DNA of 64,000 bases. Origin: the human T2T-CHM13v2.0 reference genome, Homo sapiens. The stretch lies in assembly GCF_009914755.1 (NCBI RefSeq), contig NC_060936.1; one strand, given 5' to 3'. Position 1 is the stretch's first letter. Each line of letters starts with the position of its first letter. Below the pieces are notes generated by a model. The model saw nothing but the letters and a program-made list of their open reading frames with translations, was not told where the DNA came from and made no database searches. The position numbers and the translations under genes are program-made. Of the stretch, positions 27,451 to 39,820 are shown in pieces.

Positions 27451-30400
27451 ATTTTTCTCCTCCCTATCATTTTCTTTGACAGATTACCCATACTTCAAAG
27501 CTGAGCTCAAATGTAGCCTTCTTCATGAAGCTTTTATGACCATGCCTGTCAGAAATAAGTGCTCCTTCTTCTAACTCTTACAACAGTTTCTTTGTGCTGT
27601 TGTAAACATTGTACTATGGTCAAGTGTGTGCATGTGTTTACATGTATACATATCACAACTGTCCTTCTAAATGCTGTGTTCCTTGACAAGGTGCTATTCT
27701 TCACTAAATCCCCTGAACCATGCAAGAGGATATACATCCAACAGACTGTGCAATGGTGTATGGTAAAACATCATCCTGCAGAGTACACCAGTACCTGCAA
27801 CAGGGTCTAGGAAACCATCAATAAACAACTGATTGCAAAGTTGTAATTCCATACAGAAGTATTGAGGAAAAAAGAAGGAAAGGGAGGAAGATAAAGATTT
27901 GCAGCTTGCTTATCGGATAGAGAGGGGAACAGTAGGATATAGAGGCAGATCAAATCCAAATGAATTTTAGTAAGTATGTCAATATACATTTACACTCTTG
28001 CTAGTAAATTTCTAGCAAGAACATATTGTCAAAATTGGACAGGACCTTTGTGTAAACAACTATAAAACCTTTATCAAAACGTAATGTGATCTCTGTAAGT
28101 TTTTCTTTTGATGCAAACTAAGAGCATTCATAAATAACACTCTCTAGAGAAATCAATTGGTAGTAAATTTGACCTTCCCCTAAATGATTTTCTACATATG
28201 TCTATTCACAGCAAACATCTATGAGACCAATATTGTGAATAATTTTATTACCATTGTCACTACTGAATATTTTGCTCTGAAAGACTCTCTTACTCTCTCT
28301 CTTTCTCTCTCTCTCTATATATATGAATACACATACATTTTATAAAATGAATAATTTATATTTATTTAAAAATATATTATTACTTTGGTACTTCTTGCAT
28401 TGTCTCAAGCAAGAATACAGTCAAGAAAATACTCAGGTTCATGTCTCACCCTGATTCAAAAAAGATTTTGGCATGACAAAGAAACAGCTCTAATGAGCAA
28501 GATGAAATGGGAAGACTATAATAAGTGATTTTTTTAAATTGCTCAAATTTTTAATTTTAGTTGAACAATATAATGAAGCCCATTAAAATCACAGCTTATT
28601 TGTGAGACTACATTTATAACTTTCTCAATAGACCCCTATTTATTCTCTGAAATCATACCTTTGTTTCAAAGACTGAATCATCCTGGTTGTATCGGTATCT
28701 TAGGATTGTCTCTTTTTCTTATGAAAATATATTTGCGTTCATAGGTAAGATATTTTTAAATGAACAAATAAAAATAATCTAAGAATGGCTGCTGCTTTAT
28801 TGTCAAGGTACATTTATTTTACATGCAGGCTGTAAAGTACTTAGAAGAATAAAGCTATTACTGTCTTGTTATTGTTACCATCGCTACTGTTAATAAGATT
28901 CTGCAGAAACACTAGACTAAAGGGCAAGGCCATCATTAAAACTCTTGATGTGATTTCACACACTCAGCCACCTTACTGGTAACTCCCTCTTCCTCCCCCA
29001 GACTTGGTTTCTCCTTAATTTGCAGCACACCTCAAGGTTAACAGGAAGAGGTAGGCTGAGGAATTGCAGCATTCAGAAGCCAGTCTGCGTAATACAAAAC
29101 AGGCCTATTTCTACTTCTCCAGGGAGATCTTTAAATATTAAAAACTTTTGTCTCTTTCTTTAGTTCTCTCTTTCTCAGGACAAAATTCTCAATTCCTTTA
29201 ACTAATCTTCATCTGACATGATTTCTAAAAATGACAACCTTGGCTTCATTTTTGTAAATAATATAACAACTTTTAAAGCAAAATTTATCTTACCTTTTAT
29301 TTACTTTCCACTTCATAAATTAATATATATTCTTTCTCGAAAACGTAGTGCATATATGTATAGCCTGAATCTGCAATCTGAGATACTTCTACAATTTGTA
29401 GTTATATTACAAAAAGCAAACTCTCTTCTGTGCTCCTGTTAATGAACATAATAATGTATCTTCTGAAACCAAGATAACTCTGACTTTTGAGAAGAATGTC
29501 TTTACAGATATCCTTCTGTGCCTTTAAATATTTATTTGTTTTATATATATATATATATATTCCTTCAATGGAAACAAATCTATTTTCTACATTGTTTAGT
29601 GTCTGCTGTGGTAACTGACTGGAGAAGTTTGGAGATCAGGTGGGGGAGGGGCATGGAAGTGCACATAAAAATTATTTAAGAATTTCTTAATAACATGAAT
29701 TTGAGAAAACTTTAGAATTTTCATCAAGTAAAATTTATATGATTTTAAAGCACAAACCTGGACCTTATGCCAGTTTCAATGCTCATTTAAATATCTTACA
29801 GGTTTCACATTGTAAGTTATAACAAAGTATGTTTTTAAAAAGGCATTCAGAGCAAGAAGTCACATGACTTAAATAGATAATGATTATTAGTCTCTTTGTT
29901 CATATATAAACTTCCAGTATTATTTTATATTAATGACAAAGGGGGAAAATCTCCTAGAAGCTGAATGAATCAGGCCAAGACTAGAGACATGATGATTTAC
30001 TTCCTTATCCCTAATTCAACAGTGAGTTCATTATTTCAGTTAAGCTATAATGAGAATCTTAGTTCAGTCTAAATACTTCATAGAACCAGATACTAGAAAT
30101 GCACTCAATCATAAAACACTATGTTTTAGTCTATTTAATATATTTCTACCCCGATTTAATGTTACAGTTCCCAAGACCTCGTGTCCTATTTCTGAATGCT
30201 GAAAATATCTTCAACCTGATCTTGTATTTTTGCCTGAGTAAGATAATTTATTCTTAAATATGGCATGCTTCCCTCCAGTTATAAAGGACAACATTATTTT
30301 TAAAAATGGATGTAGCAAAAAGAAAAAAAATTCTCACATGTCTACAAGTTAAGTCAAGGCTATGAATTTCCCTGATGAAAAACTAACTACGTGCTTGGGC

Positions 30401-30599
30401 ATGCTATGATCTAATTTTTGAAACTCATCATATAATTAGCCACGTTGAGTGGCTTTCAGCACCGTGTCAGACTGAATGTCATGAAAAAAATGGTTTATAA
30501 TTTGTGGACTTTTACTTCTAGAAGACAGTATACCTTTAAGTAAAAGAAAATGGTTTTATACAATAATAATATAAAGAAAGCCAGAAATGGAAAAGGCAT

Positions 30600-31385
30600 A
30601 TTTACTATTCCTAAGGGAGATCTTTGGTAGGCCCAGAGTAACCAAAACATGGCCTTTTTTTCCAAGGATGTCACACTCCAGTGGAGGAATGGGAATTAAT
30701 AGAAATCATTATGATACAAAGCATGGTCTACGTGGCAGAAGCAATGTCTAAAGAGTGATTCATTTTGACAGGGGTAGAAGTTGAGAAAAGCTTCTCAGAA
30801 GGAAGTAACATTGAATTTGACCTCAGAGGATCAATTAAGCAGAGAGAAAGGGAAAGACTCTGAAGGCTGGGATTGGTAGTTTCAGCAAAGATGCAAATTC
30901 AGGGAAAAAAAATGTAAGGCATCATTTAAGGAGTAAAATTGTTTATTATAGGTAAAACACATGGTGACTTAGAGAACGTAAGGCCAGAAATTAGAGGAGA
31001 AAAGGGATTGAGGTGAGATGTGGAAAGGCCTTGAGTGACAGACATTGAAAACTCTATTTTACCATCAATGCTCTAGGCAGGCAAATAGCACAGTTTTGTG
31101 TTCGGCAAGGAGTTCCAGAGGCAGTGTCTGAAAGGAATTAGAATGAAGATAGATCAGAGGCTGGTAAACCAGTGAGAAGTTAGTTGCAATAGTCTAGAGA
31201 AGAGGAAAGAAGGTAAAGTAGGCTTGAACTCAGTATATGGCAGTAGGAGTAGAAGAGAGTGGATGATTTAAGAGACTGTAAAAGTGTTACCAATAGGATT
31301 TGGTGACAGATGTCACAAGATTGAGGGAGAGGAGGAATCAAAGATAATCCCCAACAGTTTTCACCCTATTGACTAGATGGACGAA
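30600..31385 (-). mobile_element. L2 fragment
   Basis: AATAGGATTTGGTGACAGA, GAGGAGGAATCAAAGATAA. Confidence 0.7.
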
Positions 31386-31959
31386 GATTAGTCACATTTA
31401 TGCCTTTGTAACTTTGTAAAGTTCTTCTTTCTGCCCAAACTATCCATTCCTCATTCACTTTCTATAGATATCCCAGCCCTCCTTCAAACATTGAGTCACA
31501 TTCCACTTCCTGTACAGCAACTTCCCAGATCCCCTTCCCTACACTCCTTCTATTCCTAGAATTTATCACTTCTATACTTGCACAAAATATTACTTTTACT
31601 TCTGTATTCTATAATAGGTGATTACTTACATGCCTGTTTCCCCAAAAGTGTGTAAGTGCCTTGAGAAACCATCTTCCTCTCATCTTTGTATTTTTCATAA
31701 TACCCAGTATGGTGATGTTCAGCAACTAACCTCTACAGCTGCTTCTATTTGTTACATTCCTGGATATTATTCATGGTTAAGGTGGTCCAAAGAGAGGCAG
31801 TATTGAGCAGTGATTCCCAAAGTGTGCTACATGTGTTAATGAACAAATATGGAAAACAATTTACAGTGTGATTTTTTTATTGGTCGCATTTTTGTTTTAG
31901 CATGTGCTTGAACAAAGCTAGATCGCTACCTCATCAACTCATCACCCAATGGGAGTTAA

Positions 31960-34285
31960 GAGTGAGATATGTGAACTCAGAGTAAAACCATCTTTCCCTT
32001 AACCACCTGTGTCCACCACCAAGTATGAAATGGGGGTCTTCGATACCCAGAATTCCCTGCACTCTAAAATCCACAACCATGCCACCATTTTATGCCTGGA
32101 AACCACATTTATTGTTGTTATGTCTGTTACCTCAAGAAGCTTTAGAATCACAGGTAACCCTCACCCTCCACGTTTAACAGTCGCATAGCTCCATAATCTC
32201 TTATTTTGTCCCCATCTCCCTTCCCTCTCCAATTCCTGAAGCTCTTTACCCATAGTCCATCATCGGCAAGATCTTATATGTCCTCAGTCTCTTATCTGAA
32301 TAGTTCCCTCAGCTTTTTATATAGCAGAAACTAGATTTGCTAGTTATTTTACCTTCAGCCTTCTCAGAAGGTGGCTATTTTTCTGCACTATATTCATCCT
32401 ATTGGACCTAAAGGGTGGATGAGTATCCTGCCTGTTTCTTCATTAAAATTTCCAGATCGTTCTCCCTTCCATACTGTCATAACATCAGACTATCCCATCC
32501 ACTACTCCCTCTTTGATATCCTGTATTAATCTCTAGACTACTGTCCATGAGATTGCTTTAAAATAATTCAACAAATACAAAAGGAGAAAATTAAAGCAAA
32601 TGTGTCAAATATGGATGAGTGTAGAATCTGGGCTTATGGGGATGTATTTTGTTACTCTAATTATTTTTATATTTAAACTTTGAAAACAAAAATAAATTTT
32701 AAAACAACCACTTAATAAAAATAAAAATTACCACATGGACAGTATCAAACCCCGTACTCAATCTACTTGCAAATTCTGTTGCCTCTTAATTTAAAATACA
32801 TCCAGAATACATTAATACTTACTGCCTCCACTGCTATCCCCTTAAATTAAGCTGCCTTTATCTCCTAATTAAACTCTTACAGTAGCCTTCTGGCCACTCT
32901 CCCTATGTCCACAATTTCCCCATGGCATCTATATTCTACACTAAATTAAGAATTATTTTTTCAATAGACAAGTCAGATTACATTACCCTACATTTCAAAA
33001 TCTTGCTTTCCCATCTCTCACAAAGTAAAATTAAAATTCTTTACTTTGGCTATTGGGGTCCTACATGAATTTGTTCTCTTCTTTCTGTCTGTACTCAACT
33101 ATTACATTTTCCTCTTTTACTCATTCTGTTCCAGCCACACTGGCCTCCCTACAAAAAAAAAAAAAAAAAAGCAAGTTTTAGCTTGCCTCAAGGTTCTTTG
33201 AACTTGCTCTTAGAAAATTCTTTTTGGTAGAATGACTTATTTTCCTTTGGGTATATACCCAGTAATGGAGTTGCTGGATCAAATGGTAGTTCAACTCTTA
33301 GTTCTTTGGCTCTTTGAGAAATCTTCAAACTGATTTTCACATGACTGGACTAATTTACATTCCCCCCAGTAGTGTATAAGTATTCCCCTTTCTTGACAGC
33401 CTTGCCAGTGTCTGTTGTCTTTAGACATTTATTTATTTATTTCCAACTTTTATTATAGATTCAAGGTGTACACCTGCAGGTTTGTTACAAAGATATATTG
33501 CATGTTGCTGAGGTTTGGAGTATGAATGTCTCTGTTTCCCAGGTAATAAGCATAGTACACAATAGGTAGTTTTTCAGCCCTTGCCTCTCTCCCTCACTCC
33601 CCCACCTTTATTTCTCAGTGTCTACGACTCTCATCTTCATGTCCATGTATACTCGATGTTTAACTCCAACCAAATACATATAGTGTTTGGTTTTCTGTTT
33701 CCTGCATTAGTTAGCTTAGGATAATGGCCTCTAGCTGCATCCATGTTGCTACAAAAGGCATGTATCTATTGCCTCTAACTTTAAGTTAATGCTTACCACC
33801 TCCACTGCTACCTTCCTAAATTAAGATGCCTCTTGGTTCTTTTTTATGACTGCATAGTATTCCATGGTGTGTACGTGCCACATTTTCTTTATCAAATCCA
33901 AAGTTGATGGCCACCTGGGTTGATTGTGTCTTTGCTATTGTAAAAAAAAGAAAAAATTCTTACCCCCCAGGTAGCCACAGGACTCACTTCCTCACTCTCT
34001 GCTCAAATTTTAAACAGTCAGAGAGGCTTTCCTTGACCACTTCACGGAAAATAGCACCACTCCACCCAACTATGCACTCTCTATTCCCCTTTACCTACTT
34101 TATTTTTCTTCCCAACTCTCTTTATTATCTGATATGTTTTATATATTTTTGTCTGTCTGTCTGTCTTGCCTGACTAGAATGTACCACCCTTGGGGGCAGA
34201 GTCACTGCTAGTTTTGTTCACTGTGGAATCTCCAACACCTAGAACGGTATATGAACATGGTTGGTGTTCAATAGATATTGAAAGA
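31960..34285 (+). mobile_element. Long L2 remnant interrupted by L1 pieces
   Basis: ACTGCCTCCACTGCTA, TTCCAGCCACACTGGCCTCC, 3' end GGTGTTCAATAGATATTG. Confidence 0.75.
33221..33941 (-). mobile_element. L1PA15/16-L1PB 3' region in two permuted pieces
   Basis: 33221-33428 is ORF2-end sequence; 33428-33941 is tail and 3'UTR; both antisense. Confidence 0.88.
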
Positions 34286-35009
34286 GGAGTCAAAGAGTCA
34301 TAGTCCCACCTTTAACCCTGGATTTGGAAATTCAGCTTACACCCCTGAACAAAAGGAGTTCTACATTCCTCATGCCCTGAAATAATGTTACCTATCCAGG
34401 AGCAGGATGAAGAAGCCATGACTAAGTAATTCACTTACTGTTTGGGAATAAGATTGAGATACAGTACAGAAAAGATCTCAAGCTAGACAAGGGCAGTTCT
34501 CATGGGGATCTCCACCAGGTCCAGCCATCCCCCAAGCATATGATTCACTGCTGCCCCAGCAAGGAGGAACAAAGTTGGGTGTAGGCAGTGGTGGAGGGGA
34601 ATACCCATGTTATCTTCCTAATAAATTTTAAAAGGCCAAGTTTCTATTTATGGGACAAGGGAGATATACTGGGAAAGGGATAGAACATTTTCTACCAGAT
34701 TGAAAATAATGATGATGACTACCATAAAGAAGATGGTGTGGGTCTTTTTTCATTCCCAATTCCCTTCTAAGCCCATCAAAAACAAATTATTACACGATAA
34801 TGAGCAGAAAGAACTAATTTTTTTAGCTTCTCCACCCACCAGGGTTTTCATTATTTGTATTCCATGCTCAAGAACACTGCCCACTCACCCACAGAATTGC
34901 ACACAAGGAGAACTGGGTGTATTGTATTGAAGGAGATGATGTTGCTTTCTAAGAAGGGCATAGCTGTTTGTTAGGTAGAATAGTGATAGTTAGAATTTGT
35001 GGCAACATG

Positions 35010-35220
35010 AGTATATACTTGAGAATTTTCTAGAACTGAGCCTGGTGACCCTTGAACTTACTGATTATATAACCTTGGACAGGTTACTTAACCTCTCTCT
35101 GCTTCAATGTCTCATTCGTAAAACATATAAATAAATAATACTTCCTTCATAGAGTTATTCTGACTAGTAAATAATACATAAAATATCTCAAAATGTTCCT
35201 GGCACATAGATATAATCAAT
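35010..35220 (+). mobile_element. MIR
   Basis: ACCTTGGACAGGTTACTTAACCTCTCT. Confidence 0.8.
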
Positions 35221-35994
35221 TAATTACTAATATTTAGTTTTCTGCAATCAACATTAAAATTATCCTTCATGTAACTCGAGAAGACGTAACTATATATTTC
35301 TTCAATGCAAATAATGTACTTTTTTTCCCTTGGAGTAATGGTAAATAGAAAGTGTATTTTGCACTTGTTAATACAGGGGTTCTGATATAACCAACGGAAA
35401 ATGGCCATGTTCTTATATTCCTCATTAAAAAATAAAATTGCTTTAACCCGTATAATCCTTTCTCCTGATAACTCTTTGCTAGTTATCCAATGATGAAAGA
35501 CTGAGACTGTTGCTATAACACAAGTTTTCATTAAAGATTTCCTTCACATTCTCTTATAATGAAGACATTAGATAATACACTTGTGCAGGGAAGAGATGTA
35601 AGACAGTAGCTGAAATCAATGCACAAGCCCAATCTGCAACTGAGCTATTTGGCAAAGATGGCTTTATTTTGGCAATTTGTGAAAAAAGAGCAACAAGACA
35701 TTAGATGCTAGGATACCACTTACCAGTTCCAGAATTCTACTATAGGATCAGTCCTATTCAACATTTTCTCCAAATGATTTGAATAAAAACTAAGAGGGCA
35801 CACATATCTAATCTGCCAGTACTGGAAAGAATGGCAAGATGATGAATAGCACTGATGGTCAAGTGGAAAATTAAAAAGAGAAGAACAGCCTGGAATGCTG
35901 GACTAAAACTAGCTGTAAGAAAAGATAAACCGAAAATGGTGTTTATAAAAATATAGAGCAATGTAAATAGCAAAATTCCATACAGTGGCTGATC

Positions 35995-37060
35995 GGCTGA
36001 TCATTTACTCAGGTCCTTTGCTGAGACATGCAGATATTAAAAAAATGAAAAATATTTTATCCCAGTTTCTCATAATACTCAGTCCACTTGAGGAGAGAGA
36101 GCTATAAAAAGAAAAGTGCAGTGATGGGCCATTTATACAGTACAGAGAAGCAAGCAGCATTTAACTCATCTAATGAAGAGTGACGGGGGGAAGAAGATGT
36201 ACCAGTGAAGTAGACATCTGAGCTGAAAGGGTTTTATTCTGGCTAAAGGGCACAACATGAGAAAGACACACAGGTGAAAACTAGTAGAGTGTACACAGAA
36301 ATCTCTGAGTGCTAAAAGGCAGAGCAGAAAATGGTGACAGATGATATTAGAGAAGCCGTGAAAATACATAGTCATATTAGGGAGCAGGACCTCAAATAAT
36401 CCCATGTTACTTTGGGTTCTCCAGGGTTTGAAAGCCAAAAGAAAAGGAAAAGAAGTTTATGGAGAAAAAGGAAAAAATGAAAGAAAGAGTGGTTAGAGGG
36501 ACATGGGACAAACTCTGAGAGTTCTGGGTCTTGGAAGCCATGGAAATAGAGTTTCAAGAAAGATGTAATTTACAGTATTAAATGTAACTCAGAGGTCCAT
36601 TAAGACGAGAATTTTAAAATGACCTGTGAATTTCACAGTCAAACCAATTGTTAGACTCAGTAGGTGCAGTGTCAGTAAAGTGGTTCAGATGGAAGCCAAA
36701 TTAAAGTATATTTTAAAAACTAAATCAGAAAAGAGAAGAAAGCATGCATTTCTTCGAGAACTTGGTAATGAAAGGACAGAGATAAGGTAGTAGCTACCAG
36801 AGAGAACCTGTTTCATTTGTAATGGAAGAGATTTGAGACAGTTTAGAGGCACAGAGGGCAGAGTCAGTAAGAGAGAAGAGCAAAAGAAGAATAAGACAAG
36901 CTTCCAAGAAGAAAGAAAAGAATGGATTCCATGGGTAGAAAAGTGAGTTTTGATAAAAAGAGGGTCATCTCAACTTAAAAAAAAAAATGGAGAGAAAATG
37001 GAGGATGACTGTGGCTAAGTAATTGGTTAAAGGTGTGTGGGAAGTTAAAGGTGACCAATT
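35995..37060 (-). mobile_element. L2 remnant
   Basis: Purine-rich antisense L2 (GGAAGCCATGGAAATAGAGTTTCAAGAA). Confidence 0.65.
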
Positions 37061-37129
37061 TTCTCAATGATATCTTATTGTCACAGTGGGAATCCTATAT
37101 TTTTTCTTGCTTAAAACCATATTAATAGG

Positions 37130-37670
37130 AGATTCCGGATTCTTGACTTGACAATATAACATGTGAAAAAGATCCTAGGAGACAACAAGCTGATAGAGGT
37201 ATTAGGAAAATAATGGTGGTCCCAATCTACTTCCATAGAGATAGACATCCAGACCACATGACAATGATATGTTCAGTTTTGAAAGGCCACATTAAAAAAA
37301 AGACTCTGTGAAATAAGATATTGTTCAGAAAAAAGGACATCGAATGATCATAATCCTTTAAAACCACTTAATGAAAAACAGTTGAAGGAGGTTGGTATTG
37401 TTTACCTTAAGAAAGGAAAATTTAGAAAGCAATCTATCATAGGTATTGGGAGAATATTCACTCTAAGGTGCTTTATGTAGCAAAATTTGGATATGACAAA
37501 GAGGTAGGTCTTATTTTAAGAGAATAAAATACTCATTTAGAGGACTGTGCAACTCTCCATTGCGGAAAGTGTTTAAGAGGTTCAATAACTTAAACGCAGG
37601 AGGGTTGCAGCAAGGACTCCTGCATTTGGAAAATGTTGGTTATCTTCCAACTTTAAGTTTCCATAAGTCT
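37130..37670 (+). mobile_element. CR1/L3 3' fragment
   Basis: GTTCAGTTTTG..CCACATT, CAGTTGAAGGAGGTTGG..TGTTTA, ending TTCCAACTTTAAG. Confidence 0.6.
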
Positions 37671-38844
37671 TTCTTTGAAATTGTTTACCCATTTTTTAGA
37701 GGTTATGGGATAAGATATGGAACACATTAGTGGTAGTATCTAATGGGATGTTGAACACATTGAAACAGGAGAGCATTTAAAATCACAGTGTTTAAAGTTT
37801 GCACTATAGGGATTTGGCACTGAATTTTACAACTTGGTTTAACTGCATAAGTCACTAAAAAGATAATTCACTGTTTCAAAGCAGTGAATTACAATTCATA
37901 GTAATGAAGTTTGAAGAGGATAACTAGCAGCTTGCAGGATCTGGAACTTGACAAAATTATAAAGTGGCCATTGGCAAGATCCACATAACATGTGGGGAGC
38001 AGGGAGAGTAGAGGTGTGTACATGTGTGTAGAGATAAACCAAGAGGGGTGAAAGAATAAGCAAATATATCATCAAGCATCCAAGCAACCAAGTTTACTAG
38101 AGAGGAAAGGATAAGGAGATGGAGTTGGTAGGACACTAAAGGACCCCCACCAGGCAGCCAGGAAATAATGGTCCATGAGTATCAAAATCTTATGTGAGAG
38201 TTGCTGAGTTGTCAGCAGGTGTCTTCCACCAACCAATTAGGTGGTCAATTGTTTCTGAGCCTAACTTAAGTGAAAAAGGGGGAGTTCATCATAGAGATAT
38301 TAGGGTATCCTTAAAAAACTGGGCTTTAAAAGGGAACTGAAACCAAGAACTGAAATACAATTGAGACAATATCTCTCCTTTGAGCATCTACTTTTTTCTC
38401 AATCCCTCTGGCCTCTGTCTTTTAGTCTACATGGGACCCAAATGCTATAATTTAGTCCCAGATTCAAATCTTCCTCCAAGAACTATATTTATCAGCCTAA
38501 TCTCTGTCGGGAACTTATTCTTGATCCAATAGACTATGACCAGAAAGGGAAGGCCCCATGGAATTAAACAGCTGCCAGGAATACTTTGCTGGTACATCAT
38601 GGATGGGGTTATGGGGAGGCTATTTATAGAGAGTTGGAACTGAACAAAGAACAAAATATATACTCACCAAATATATACCAACAAGCTTCTGATATACCAA
38701 CATAACTTCCATAAATCCTTAGATTCCTCCAAACAACAGAAGGCAACAAGAACCATGAGAGTGGCCAACTATAAGACGTGTTTCTCCAGATTAGACAGAT
38801 GATATTCATAAATGCTGAAAGTCAATAACATAGAGCAATTACTT

Positions 38845-39075
38845 GTGCGGACTTTGCAGTTAGAACCTGTCTTCAAATTGTGGCTCTGCTAAGCACCAGT
38901 TGTGCGACTTGGTCTATTAGTTAATTTTTCTGTGCCATTTTTTTTCGTCTGTGAACAAGACCCATGTTAGCACACACCTCTTGAGTGCGTAAATAAAAGT
39001 AAATGGGATAACACACTTGAAGTATTTAGCACTGTGTGTGACACAGAGTGAGTGTTTCCAAAATGTTGCCCTGAG
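38845..39075 (+). mobile_element. MIR
   Basis: GGACTTTGCAGTTAGAACCTG ... TGTGCGACTTGG. Confidence 0.65.
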
Positions 39076-39629
39076 TCTCCTGCAAACATTTTAGATGACA
39101 ACCCAAGGAAAGCAAGGTGAAAATCTGTTGTATTGCTTCACCTTTTGTCTCAATAACAGTGGAAGACCTAGTCCCTTTTAATCTTAACCACACTCGCAAA
39201 CCAGTCAACTCTAAACCATCCTGATGTTTTAGCTTTGAGGGAGGCTTTTAACAGCAGGTAAATTTCAAGCGTGGCAGCAACCTTTCTTTTTGGTGGCTGT
39301 TCCCTAGACCTCCATGGTCTTCTTGAAGGAGTGGCCACCTAAGAGTCCTCAAGTCTCATTTCAGAGACAATGGGTGGTAGTGGGAAAAGTTTCATCCCAG
39401 CTGACGTAATGTTGATTAACCAGGTAATTCACAGGCAATTAATACTGGAGGGTTTTTTTGGAGGAGGAAAAGGGGGATATCATTTTTTGATCCACTCTTG
39501 TTCATTACTTATGCAAATTGAAGGCAGAGGATAGGCCAGTGAGGAAGAGATATTTTAGGGCCAATGGGTATCTTAGGTCCTTGAATATCATAGAATAGCA
39601 ATGCCTGACATTTGTATAACACTTTAGGA

Positions 39630-39820
39630 TAGTGGTTCTTAATCTTTGGCAAGCACAGGAATCACCTGAAGTGGTAGCTAAAACACAGATTGCTGAGCCC
39701 CATACCTAGAGTTTCTGATTTATCAGGTCTGGGAGTGGGGCCCAAGAATTTGCTTTCCCAGCAGGTTCCCAGGCGGTGCCCACGCTGCTGGCCTAGGAAC
39801 CACATCTTGGAACTCATAGA
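39630..39820. mobile_element. MER5A inserted in a MIR
   Basis: AGTGGTTCTTAA..GAATCACCTG..GGGCCCAAGAATTTGC..GGAACCACA. Confidence 0.85.

Noticed and set aside
30371-30480. TGATGA...CTGA suggesting a C/D snoRNA, and a TTCAGCACC REST half-site
   Set aside because: No terminal stem or recognisable guide; the right half of the RE1 motif does not match
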